From positions 56,409 to 80,408 of the forward strand of contig NZ_FWWT01000016.1 in assembly GCF_900176035.1 (NCBI RefSeq): 24,000 bases of DNA. Reading direction: 5' to 3'. Position 1 is the stretch's first letter; each line of letters starts with the position of its first letter. The DNA is from Desulfonispora thiosulfatigenes DSM 11270. GTDB taxonomy: Bacteria; Bacillota; Peptococcia; Peptococcales; Desulfonisporaceae. Shown here one piece after another: positions 8,190 through 17,597 of the stretch. The translations under genes and the position numbers were made by a program. Below the pieces are notes generated by a model. The model made no database searches. It was not told the DNA's origin and worked only from the letters and a program-made list of their open reading frames with translations.

Positions 8190-10604
8190 ATGGAGAGTAT
8201 TAAAATATTGATAAATAAATTTATCGTTGCAATAGTAATGTCTTTAGCATTATTTTATACAATTGATATTGTCTTCGATGTATATATTATAATTATAGCA
8301 ATTACTTGGATTGTAATTTTTTTAAACTTTAGCATATCAAAGAATGTAGAGTTTTTTGGTACTATAATAATTGTATATTTAGGTAATTTAATAACATATA
8401 TTTTTATTAAAAATAAGATCTATAATGGGCTTTCAAAAGAAAATATCGAGGTTTTAGTTATTATAACATGTTTAATATTTCTTCTAACTATATCAAGAAT
8501 CATTTTTATAGTAAATCCATTTCGTAAAAAACAAATAATAAAACAACCCCAAATAATGATGAAAAGAAAGAAAGATCTGGAAGGACTTTTATACTATATA
8601 GATGTATTTGATATAATTGCATTAAATGGTAGATGGGGAACGGGCAAATCTTTTTTAATTAAAGAATTAAAAAAGGAAGTAAATAATAAATATGAAATTA
8701 TTGAAATTGATGTCTTATCATGTAATCTTAACGAGCTTCAGTTAATTTTAATAAAAGAAATTGAAGAGTTAATGTACAAAAATAGAATTATATCGAAGTA
8801 CTCAAATAAATTAAAAAGATTTTTAGGAAAAGAGTCTGTTATTTCAAGGGTACAGGATCTAATTTTTAGTAAAAACCAGTCTTATTCTGAAACTATAAAA
8901 GGTTTGCAGAAAGAGTTAGAAAAGCTAGGTAAAAAAATAATAATTATTTATGAAGACATAGATAGAATAACTGATATCGATATTATTAAAAATATATTCG
9001 GAATATCTGAAAAGATTTCTAACGAAAAGATAAAGATAGTTTATCAATATCATGAAGATAATTTGAAGGAAATTGGCTTTACAGCTGATTATTTAGAAAA
9101 ATATATGCCTTTTAAGATAAATTTAACTGAAATTAATTTCTTTGAAATATTAAGCTTTAAACTGAATGAAAAAAACTATGATAAAAGTATAATAGAAATC
9201 AAAGATTTTAATTTTTTAAAAGAAGATTTCCAGGGGTTCCGATATAATGTTTTAGTGAATGTCTTTAATATTAATAAGGAAATAAATTTAGTGGTAAGGA
9301 ATATTAGTATCAGAAAGGTTGAGAACTTTTTATCTGAATTGGTTAAAATATTAACTAAAAATCAATATAAAGAGCATAAAGAAACAGTAATAGCTTTCTT
9401 TTTCTTAAAACATTTTATTCCAACGATATATGAAAAACTAAATATTGAAAAAGGACTGGTAGAGACAATTAAATTCGATTTAAACTCAAACTTTTATACC
9501 ATTACAGAATTAATATCCTTGTTTAATTCAGGTAAGCTTGGTAGAGGAGATATAATCAATTTATTTAAAAATGAAGAAAATCAGATTGGTTATGGTGTTT
9601 TGAAGCTTTTTGATTATAAAGTTCTTCAAGTTATTAATGAAGAAAACTATATAGAACGATTAAAGTTAATATATGAAGAACCAATTAGAAACCTAAAAGA
9701 TAGAGATAGTAATGAAAAAAAAGATAGATTAATTTGGAGCCTATTAGCACAAGGTAAATCTCAATTTACTGACTATGAATATGTAGGTAGGAAATTTATT
9801 GAAGAAGTACTAAATAGGCCTGACACTGAAATACTGAAGGCATATGAACAATTTAACAACAGTTTATTTTATAAGAATGATCAAGAAACTGACAATAGTA
9901 CTATATTTAAAATGGGGGTTTCTTCATTTATAGAGTTATTTAAATCATTTAGAATTTTAGATGTACCTGATTATCACCAAGTGGGTTTAGTGAATATTTA
10001 TTTTAAAGTAGAAAAGATAAAAGATATAGATGATGAGTTAATTCAAACCCTTAATTATTGTAATTTAGGAACAAAAAAGGGATATATTGGTATTTTAAAT
10101 AATTTTAATAAACTGAATGTTATAGGAAATTTAAATGATGAAGAATGCTTTGCTAATTTTCTGAAAATGTATATTAGAGCTTTATCAAGTCTTGGTTATA
10201 TAAATACTGGAGGGTTTTCTAACATTTTTTTTTATGAAAAGGTGATAGAATATAAAAAATATGTAATGAAAGATCTTAAAGGAATCATAGAAAAAATACA
10301 TAAGGTAAAACACAAATTAAGTTTATTTTTAGAGTTAAAAGAATTGGATGATGAATTTAATACAATTATAATATTCATAGAAAAATTAATAGAAATAATA
10401 GATTGTAAATCTAAAGTAATTAAAAAAGAAAGAGGTCTTATTACAAGTAATATTTATAGTAGATATCAAAATCAAGAGGAATTCGACAGACTGGAAAGGG
10501 CTTCTAATGAGGGAAATAATTTAAAAGATGAAATAAAAAATAGTTATTTAAAAGGGAAAATAACAGCGTATGAAATTGAGAAGTTAATAGATAAATTGGA
10601 TTAA
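8190..10604 (+). CDS. membrane-anchored KAP-like P-loop NTPase (804 aa), candidate defence protein
   Basis: RBS GGAGGAAAAATGG. N-terminal hydrophobic segments (about aa 10-115). Walker A GRWGTGKS (aa 147-154), Walker-B-like KKIIIIYEDIDRI (about aa 247-260), long helical C-terminal region. Confidence 0.7.
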   Translation: MESIKILINKFIVAIVMSLALFYTIDIVFDVYIIIIAITWIVIFLNFSISKNVEFFGTIIIVYLGNLITYIFIKNKIYNGLSKENIEVLVIITCLIFLLTISRIIFIVNPFRKKQIIKQPQIMMKRKKDLEGLLYYIDVFDIIALNGRWGTGKSFLIKELKKEVNNKYEIIEIDVLSCNLNELQLILIKEIEELMYKNRIISKYSNKLKRFLGKESVISRVQDLIFSKNQSYSETIKGLQKELEKLGKKIIIIYEDIDRITDIDIIKNIFGISEKISNEKIKIVYQYHEDNLKEIGFTADYLEKYMPFKINLTEINFFEILSFKLNEKNYDKSIIEIKDFNFLKEDFQGFRYNVLVNVFNINKEINLVVRNISIRKVENFLSELVKILTKNQYKEHKETVIAFFFLKHFIPTIYEKLNIEKGLVETIKFDLNSNFYTITELISLFNSGKLGRGDIINLFKNEENQIGYGVLKLFDYKVLQVINEENYIERLKLIYEEPIRNLKDRDSNEKKDRLIWSLLAQGKSQFTDYEYVGRKFIEEVLNRPDTEILKAYEQFNNSLFYKNDQETDNSTIFKMGVSSFIELFKSFRILDVPDYHQVGLVNIYFKVEKIKDIDDELIQTLNYCNLGTKKGYIGILNNFNKLNVIGNLNDEECFANFLKMYIRALSSLGYINTGGFSNIFFYEKVIEYKKYVMKDLKGIIEKIHKVKHKLSLFLELKELDDEFNTIIIFIEKLIEIIDCKSKVIKKERGLITSNIYSRYQNQEEFDRLERASNEGNNLKDEIKNSYLKGKITAYEIEKLIDKLD

Positions 10605-10660
10605 CGGTCTTTTTATTTATAAAAATATTTGTTGTAAATCAATGTGTGGAGGTGTAACCA

Positions 10661-13321
10661 ATGACACCGAAGAAATCATCAAAGAAAAAGAAAAAGGTAG
10701 TTAAACCAGTATATAGATCTCTATCCGATTTAGAACGGTCGCGTACAGGGGGACAGGTTGCACTTTCTGGTTTTACATATCAATTTTTATATTCTTGTTA
10801 CCTGATGCTATCTGAAAAAGATGAGAGTGTGAGTTTTACCCTTGAGGGGCTTGAAGATATTGACCGATACAAATGTGATGTTACATCAAATACGATAACT
10901 CATATTCAACTGAAATATTCTACACAAAGGCAAGATGCTAGTTTCCTAAAGGATGTACTGAAAAATTATTTGGAAGTTTATTTGCTGGATAATACTCACG
11001 ATTTCAAACTTGTCTATGATTTTGATATTGCTAAAGGAAATCTAAATAAACTTGTCAATAACAATCTTGATGAGGCATCAAAAAAATATTGGGTCGGAAT
11101 AATTGAAAAGATAATGGAGGAAAATACTCAGTGGAATTGGAGTGGTTTCTCAAGTAATGCTTTCTTAGGTAAAATAACTTTTGAGAAACGAGTTAAAGAT
11201 GATCTTACATTGGAAATCGAGAAGCTCCTAATTGAGAGACATGATATTACAACAGATAATATTAGGTTGTATGTAAATGGTATAAAGGTTTGTTGTCTTG
11301 AAAAAATGGAATATCGAGAGAGTATAAATAGAAAAGAACTTGATGCAATAATACAGAATATTAATGACGACATTAGTAAGGGTATTGAGAACCCTGCTCA
11401 TGGATGGATTAAAAAGGTTGACTTTAGTGTTCTAGAGGCTACAGATGAGAAGAGCTATTTTGAAGGTAAGAAAGCATCGCCACAGGATATTGCTTTGAAG
11501 TTACCGGTTAGACGTATTGATACTGAAAAAGAAGTTGAAGACTCCATAAATAGTAATAGAGTGACAGTGATTAAGGCTTCAAGTGGACAGGGGAAAACTA
11601 CAATTGCCCTTCAAGTTGCATTGAACCTATCTAATGAGTATAACATTTATCAGTTGACATGGTGCAATGATGCTAAGGAACTCAATAATATTATTAAATA
11701 CTTTAAGTCAAGAGTTAAATTAGGAGAAAAACCACTCATTATTATTGATAATTTAGATTCACAGTTGAGCGAGTGGAATAGATTAGCTCAGTTACTCCAA
11801 GAAGAAATAACATATAACTATAAATTACTACTCACAAGTAGAGAAGATGATTGGTATAGATATTCAGGTAATTTGAGTAATGTTAAATCACTTAGAACAG
11901 TAGAGATATCACTAAATAACCAAGAGGCTGAAGATATATTTTTTCAGTTAAAGAAGAGGAATTTGTTGCATGATACTGTAAGTGATTGGAGGGGTTCGTG
12001 GAAAAGAATAGAAGAAAAAAGACTTCTGATTGAGTATGTATATCTACTTACTCATGGTGAGATGATATCAGAAAGAATAAGTCAGCAGATATCAACAATT
12101 AGTACTTCAGAGAATGGTAGGATTAAGTGTGAGATATTAAGAATTGTTTGTTTTGCAGATGTTTGTGGAATTAGGCTTCCAGTTATGAAGATAATCCATA
12201 ATTTGAAGGAACCTACTTCGAGTGATTATGGAGAAATACTTAAAAGTGTTGAAAATGAATTTTTAATTAGTATAGATGAAAATGAAAAGTTTGTTGAAGG
12301 ACTTCATCCTGTCCGTTCAATGCATATAGTTAAAAGATTGCATGAGTTTTATTCCATAAATAATACCGCTATAAATGTGATTAAACTAACGGATTTAACA
12401 TACTTGTCTAAACTATTTTCTAATTTGCCTAAATGGATTACTAATAGAGAAGAGATTTATGATGATATTGTGAAACTATGTGGATTGGAAAGGGAGAGAC
12501 TTAATTTATTAATAATGACGTGTGAATATTATATTGAGCACAAACCCAGTAAATATTTCAACAAATATTCTATTAGGTCATGGTATAGCAAAAAGAAAGA
12601 GCAACTTATTATTGATTCAAGCACAGCATTAAACCAGCTACAGGAAAATTATGATGTGTCTTTTCCAGTAGATTATTATTCGGTAGGTATTCTCAAGCAC
12701 TATCCAATAATAGCAAATAATCTAAATGTTGAAGATCCTGATGAATTAACAAAATTTTTATACTTATGTTCCTCTATTACTTCTATCGACTACGATTATC
12801 TTGTCATAGCTGTCAAATCAGGGATAAATCAAGTAATGCCAAATGGATTAAAGGTACCATACAATTTCTTGAAAGATTTAAGAGTTGCTATTGATGACGG
12901 GAATTGGGAAGTGATGGAAAAGTTATCACCTCCATTTCCGTATGAAATCTCTACAGGGTTCTTAAATTGCTTTGAAGAAAAAATGAATTTATTAGAATTA
13001 GCAACCTCACCATATGAGGGTATAGACAGTGTATTTGAATTACTTTGGTCTTATTCAATATCAAGAGACATCTTGGTAGATAAGATTGATTCAGAGTACT
13101 TGTCTGGTATATTGATGGAGTATGAAAAGAAAATCACGAATTTGCTTAAAGTATTTGAGGGCAAGATCCCTGCAAAAGAATATGCTGTTATAAAACAAGT
13201 TTGTTATGACGTTTATAATGGTGGATTTTTTGGTGATGCTGAGTTAAACAACTATAATAATAGCTTAATCTCATTAGCCAGTAACTTACAGGAAAAGGGG
13301 TCGTTTATAAAGATTACTTAA
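10661..13321 (+). CDS. Cap4/DUF4297-like nuclease domain fused to STAND-like NTPase (886 aa), candidate defence protein
   Basis: N-terminus GGQVALSGFTYQFLYSCYLML...VSFTLEGLEDIDRY...ITHIQLKYS (E65/D66 ... Q83-L-K85). Walker A ASSGQGKT (aa 306-313), KPLIIIDNLD, YKLLLTSREDDWYRY. 56-nt gap from upstream gene and RBS GGAGGTG. Confidence 0.7.
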   Translation: MTPKKSSKKKKKVVKPVYRSLSDLERSRTGGQVALSGFTYQFLYSCYLMLSEKDESVSFTLEGLEDIDRYKCDVTSNTITHIQLKYSTQRQDASFLKDVLKNYLEVYLLDNTHDFKLVYDFDIAKGNLNKLVNNNLDEASKKYWVGIIEKIMEENTQWNWSGFSSNAFLGKITFEKRVKDDLTLEIEKLLIERHDITTDNIRLYVNGIKVCCLEKMEYRESINRKELDAIIQNINDDISKGIENPAHGWIKKVDFSVLEATDEKSYFEGKKASPQDIALKLPVRRIDTEKEVEDSINSNRVTVIKASSGQGKTTIALQVALNLSNEYNIYQLTWCNDAKELNNIIKYFKSRVKLGEKPLIIIDNLDSQLSEWNRLAQLLQEEITYNYKLLLTSREDDWYRYSGNLSNVKSLRTVEISLNNQEAEDIFFQLKKRNLLHDTVSDWRGSWKRIEEKRLLIEYVYLLTHGEMISERISQQISTISTSENGRIKCEILRIVCFADVCGIRLPVMKIIHNLKEPTSSDYGEILKSVENEFLISIDENEKFVEGLHPVRSMHIVKRLHEFYSINNTAINVIKLTDLTYLSKLFSNLPKWITNREEIYDDIVKLCGLERERLNLLIMTCEYYIEHKPSKYFNKYSIRSWYSKKKEQLIIDSSTALNQLQENYDVSFPVDYYSVGILKHYPIIANNLNVEDPDELTKFLYLCSSITSIDYDYLVIAVKSGINQVMPNGLKVPYNFLKDLRVAIDDGNWEVMEKLSPPFPYEISTGFLNCFEEKMNLLELATSPYEGIDSVFELLWSYSISRDILVDKIDSEYLSGILMEYEKKITNLLKVFEGKIPAKEYAVIKQVCYDVYNGGFFGDAELNNYNNSLISLASNLQEKGSFIKIT

Positions 13322-13346
13322 AAACCGTGTTTTTGTTACTCTAATA

Positions 13347-13560
13347 GTAACTGTCAAAGATTTTCCGCTTAGAATCCATTAAAATCCCCCAGCTAAAATT
13401 ACAGAAAACAACGTAATTAGGAGGCTCTTTTAATGGCAAAGGAATCTGGTGAAATTAATTGGGACGTTATAATGCAAAAATTTTCCTCATATGAAGAGGT
13501 TATAGCTGATTTTTGCAGGGAAAATAAAATCAGGGCCTACCAAAACTTTTTTCTTCTATT
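13347..13560 (+). mobile_element. IS66-family left-end remnant with tnpA-like 5' fragment
   Basis: gtaactgtcaaagattttccgcttag end identical to the 5660 end over 20 nt, followed by ATG 13433: MAKESGEINWDVIMQKFSSYEEVIADFCRENKI, the IS66 accessory HTH ORF type. Confidence 0.65.
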
Positions 13561-13582
13561 TCTAATATACCTGCAACGTTCT

Positions 13583-13616
13583 GCCTTGTATTTAATTTGT
13601 TAACCTATTCAACATT
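13583..13616 (+). repeat. dispersed repeat, copy 10 (degenerate core, well conserved 3' half)
   Basis: gccttgtatttaatttgttaacctattcaacatt aligns with gccaggtacttaacttattaacctattcaacatt at 1813. Confidence 0.6.
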
Positions 13617-13924
13617 TCGACAATTAAACATAGTTGCTATCTAAAGCTGTGGTTAGAAGACTAAAAATCTTTTAATTACAGTTTTTTAAAATTACAAAAT
13701 ATAAGTTTTGTAATTAAATTCATAGCAAATCTGGCAAACCCTGCTAGATGACACTTTGAAAAACTATTAGGTAGATTAGAGTAATTGAGTTGTAACCAAT
13801 TTTAAGATCATTTTATTTATATTATAATATTGCAGAAGATTAAAATAAAAAGGACAAGCCTTTCTAGTTTTTCTTTAGTAAGATAGCCTAAATATAGATT
13901 ACTATATTAGAAGGAGGGATTTTA

Positions 13925-14865
13925 CTGGAACAAAGTACAGGGCAAGTTTTAAAGAAAAAATTAAGCTTTGATGAAATGATTGAGCACTTGGTTAAGAAAA
14001 ATGTTAAGTTTGATTTAATTTCAAAAGAAGAAGCTAAGAAAATTCTTCAGACTTCAAATTATTTTTATAAAATTACTGCTTATAGAAAAAACTTTGAAAA
14101 AAACAAATCTAATAAGTATGTTAACTTGGATTTTAAATTGCTGCAAGATTTAGCTACTATTGACATGCGCCTTCGATATTTAGTCTTGCACATGTGTCTA
14201 GACATTGAGCATGTAGTTAAAACATGGATTCTTACAGATATTACGAATGATTCAGCTGAAGATGGTTACAGTATAGTAACTGACTATTTAGAGCATGATC
14301 ATAGTTCTATTGAGGATTACATGAAAGCCTTAAACAAAAAGAGTCATTACAATTATGGTTTGTATAGAAGACATCATATTAATACACCTATTTGGGTTTT
14401 ATTTGAAGTTATGACCTTTGGTGCTTTTGTAAAATTTGTGGAGTTTTATTATTTCCGAAAAAACAAGTTAAACAGATACAAGGAACTTCAACAAATATTA
14501 AGATATGTAAAAAACATTAGAAATACAGCTGCTCACAATAGCCCTATTTTAATGGATATTACAAAAGGTCAGCAGATAGATCCTAAAAAAATAGTGAAAC
14601 CTATAACTGAATTCACAAAACAAATTTAAGGGCTATCACCATTATCCAGAAAAAAAGATTATCTAATCGAAAAATACATGATTTGACTGTACTTATTTAT
14701 GTTCATTATAAGTATATTAATAGTGAAGGTATTAAAGCTGCACGTTATGAAGAATTCAGGAAATTATTGGAGCGCACAAAACGATTAAAAAATGCATATA
14801 ATAATCAAGAATCCTTAATAGCTGTATATAAATATTTCAAGAAATTGATTGACTTCATAAGTTAA
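13925..14865 (+). pseudogene. Abi_2 (AbiD/AbiF-like) abortive infection protein, apparent CTG start and one frameshift
   Basis: LEQSTGQVLKKKLSFDEMIEHLVKKNVKFDLISKEEAKKILQTSNYFYKITAYRKNF...RYVKNIRNTAAHNSPI; C-terminal LSNRKIHDLTVLIYVHYKYINSEGIKAARYEEF continues in another frame after TAA 14627. Confidence 0.75.
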
Positions 14866-14948
14866 TTCGTGTAACCTTAGTATAAGGAAAAAATCGGTTC
14901 GCCCGGTTTGTAATAGCGGAGTCATACTTCGCTTAAGTTTATCGTTTT

Positions 14949-14978
14949 GGCACCTGTCTTTTAGGCAAGTGCTTTTTT
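14949..14978 (+). terminator. Rho-independent terminator
   Basis: GGCACCTGTC TTTTA GGCAAGTGC TTTTTT. Confidence 0.65.
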
Positions 14979-15000
14979 AATGGGAAATATAGTAACTTAA

Positions 15001-15022
15001 CCGTGCCAGCCACCTAACTTAT
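15001..15022 (+). repeat. dispersed GTGCCAGGCAC-type repeat, copy 6
   Basis: ccgtgccagccacctaacttat. Confidence 0.6.
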
Positions 15023-15196
15023 TACAGAAAATGTTTTATACCTTCTATTATCCTTTTTTACAATACAATCAATTAATGTTTCCGTATCAAACTCATAATA
15101 GATAATTCACAAATTGTTCACATTTTAATAATAAAAAATACAAAAACAATTATTATAATGTAATTAAATTAAAAATAACAAAAGGAGTTGTTAAAA

Positions 15197-15364
15197 ATGA
15201 AAAGGTTTCCAGCTTTGATAATATCAACATTTTTAATATTAGGTCTTTTGGCAACAGTAGCTTTTGCTGATTCCACTAATGAGCCTAAAATACCATCTTC
15301 ACAAGGACCTAATCAAGGATGTTTCCAACAAATATTGTTAAACCATTTAGCCCTAGGGAATTAG
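15197..15364 (+). CDS. short signal-peptide-bearing ORF, probably truncated and fused to response-regulator debris
   Basis: AAAGGAGTTG RBS; MKRFPALIISTFLILGLLATVAFADSTNEPKIPSSQGPNQG, then out-of-frame reading into KPFSPRELV-encoding DNA. Confidence 0.4.
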   Translation: MKRFPALIISTFLILGLLATVAFADSTNEPKIPSSQGPNQGCFQQILLNHLALGN

Positions 15365-15531
15365 TTCATAGAGTAAGAGTCCTTTTAGAAAGAACTTTAA
15401 ATATAAATAATAATGAACAAAATATATTAAAATTCCCACGTTTAAAACTAGAATTGGGTCGTGATGATGGACTAGATTATATAAGTACATTATGGGGTGT
15501 GGGATATAAATTTGAGGTAACAGATGATTAA
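15319..15531 (+). pseudogene. OmpR/PhoB-family response regulator, internally deleted
   Basis: NIVKPFSPRELVHRVRVLLERTL (receiver end) joined to DYISTLWGVGYKFE (wHTH C-terminus); most of the receiver and the DNA-binding domain are missing. Confidence 0.8.
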
Positions 15532-16244
15532 GAAAAGCATTATAGCTAAACTTTGGGTTTCAATTGTAATGTTAATTATAATAGTTCTGCTCTTTTTTTG
15601 AATCAGAAGAATTTAAAAGCGCTTTTACGGGTAAAATAATAACAAATAGAGGTAATTATCATCACTTCAATGCACCGATGTTATCAGTTGCAATTCCAAT
15701 ATATAATGGAGAAGAAATAAATCAAGCATTAATGCTATTTAAACCAGTTGCTCCTATCACAGATATAATCAACTCTATGAGAAAACTAATATCTTATGCT
15801 GCTTTTGCTGTAATAATCTTAGCAAGTATCGTTAGTTTTTTCTTATCCAGGACACTATCAAGACCATTGATACAAATGAATAAAATTGCTACTGAAATGG
15901 CTAAAGTTAACTTTGGGAATAAAATAGCGGTTAAAAGTAACGATGAGGTTGGCTTATTAGGTACCAGTTTAAATAATATGTCAGAACGACTTAAATTTAA
16001 TATTAATGAGCTTTCTCATGAAAAAGCAAAATTAGAAAATGTATTAGATAGTATGTCTGATGGAGTAATTACTTTAGATGCACATGGAAATATAATCCTA
16101 GTAAATCCTCCGGCAAAAAGGTTTTTATCAAAATATGGACAAGATTTAAGTTTTGGACAAAACTTTTTTAATTGTATAAACCTAGTTGAGTTTAAGAATT
16201 TATTTGAAGAGGTTAATCAAAAAAGAAAAAGGCAGTACCTTTAG
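15527..16244 (+). pseudogene. sensor histidine kinase remnant (TM + HAMP + PAS-like), lacks kinase core
   Basis: MIKKSIIAKLWVSIVMLIIIVLLFF then a frameshift; SRPLIQMNKIATEMAKVNFGNKIAVKSNDEVGLLGTSLNNMSERL (HAMP), LENVLDSMSDGVITLDAHGNIILVNPPAKRF (PAS); stops before H-box. Confidence 0.8.
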
Positions 16245-16270
16245 TTTTTGTTTACCGGAATTGGTGGAAT

Positions 16271-16290
16271 CCGTGCCGGGCATCCAAAGT
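16271..16290 (+). repeat. dispersed GTGCCAGGCAC-type repeat, copy 7 (weak)
   Basis: ccgtgccgggcatccaaagt. Confidence 0.35.
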
Positions 16291-16344
16291 ACTCCATACA
16301 GATCCAAATTATTTAAAAATATAAGAAATTAAAGGTGATGAAAA

Positions 16345-17271
16345 ATGCGTAAAGTTGTTTTGATTGGAACAGGTGCAGTTGGTTGTGCTTATGCTTATAG
16401 TTTAGTAAATCAAGGATTAATTACTGAGCTTGTTTTAATTGATATAAATAATGAGAAAGCAGAAGGGGAAGCAATGGATTTGGCTTATGGCATGGCCTTT
16501 GCTCCTACAAATATAAAAATTAAAGCTGGTACATATTCTGACTGTACTGATGCAAATTTAGTTGTTATAACAGCTGGAGCAAATCAAAAACCAGGGGAAA
16601 CTAGGCTTGAACTAGTTAATAAAAATGCAACAATGATAAAGTCAATTGTTCAAGAGGTTGTAAAAAGCGGTTTTAATGGAATATTTTTAATTGCTTCAAA
16701 TCCAGTTGATATTTTAACATATGTTGTACAGAAAGAAAGTAAATTTCCACCAAACAAAGTAATTGGTTCAGGAACTACACTCGATACCGCAAGATTTAAA
16801 ATCTTACTTGGTGAATACTTTGAAGTCGATCCAAGAAATGTACATGCTGCAATTATAGGTGAACACGGTGACACTCAAGTTCCTATCTGGTCACAGGCTT
16901 CAATTGGCATCGAAAACCTTGACAAATTATTGGAACGTAGAAATAACCCAAAAGATAAAGAAAATCTTGATAAGATATCCATAAAAGTCCGGAATGCTGC
17001 ATATGAGATCATAAACCGAAAAGGGTTCACTAATTATGGAGTAGGAATGTGTTTAACAAGAATCACAAAAGCTATCCTAGATAATGAGAATAGTATCCTT
17101 CCAGTGTCCTGTTTGTTAGAAGGTCAGTATGGTGAAAGGGACATTTATTTATCAGTTCCAGCAATTGTTAATGAACAAGGCATAAAAGAAGTACTTGAAA
17201 TTGACCTTAATGAAACTGAAAAGGAATTATTCAAGAAATCAGTAAATACATTGAAAGAAATAAAATACTAA
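16345..17271 (+). CDS. ldh: L-lactate dehydrogenase
   Basis: [46 protein letters not shown] motifs; full length about 308 aa. Confidence 0.93.
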   Translation: MRKVVLIGTGAVGCAYAYSLVNQGLITELVLIDINNEKAEGEAMDLAYGMAFAPTNIKIKAGTYSDCTDANLVVITAGANQKPGETRLELVNKNATMIKSIVQEVVKSGFNGIFLIASNPVDILTYVVQKESKFPPNKVIGSGTTLDTARFKILLGEYFEVDPRNVHAAIIGEHGDTQVPIWSQASIGIENLDKLLERRNNPKDKENLDKISIKVRNAAYEIINRKGFTNYGVGMCLTRITKAILDNENSILPVSCLLEGQYGERDIYLSVPAIVNEQGIKEVLEIDLNETEKELFKKSVNTLKEIKY

Positions 17272-17290
17272 AACAGTTCAAAGCAGGAAG

Positions 17291-17312
17291 CCGTGCCTGG
17301 CGCATAACTTAT
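17291..17312 (+). repeat. dispersed GTGCCAGGCAC-type repeat, copy 8
   Basis: ccgtgcctggcgcataacttat. Confidence 0.55.
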
Positions 17313-17597
17313 AGAACTTTACTTCATAAAAGCATGGCATCAATCTAATTTGATATTTATCAATTATATACGTTGAATCTTTGACGTATATAATTGATAG
17401 TAGAAATAGAAAATAGTCTACCAAAATCAATGAATCTTATTTTTACAATTAATACATTTTATGGTAATGTTGTGGTTATAAAAATAAGTTAATATAAAAT
17501 TAATTTTAAGGAGATGGTTTTATTGAGGGAGTAGTATTCAGAATATTCAGAGGATTAAATAGGTTGTAAATAAAAAATGATTAAGGAGATGAAACGA

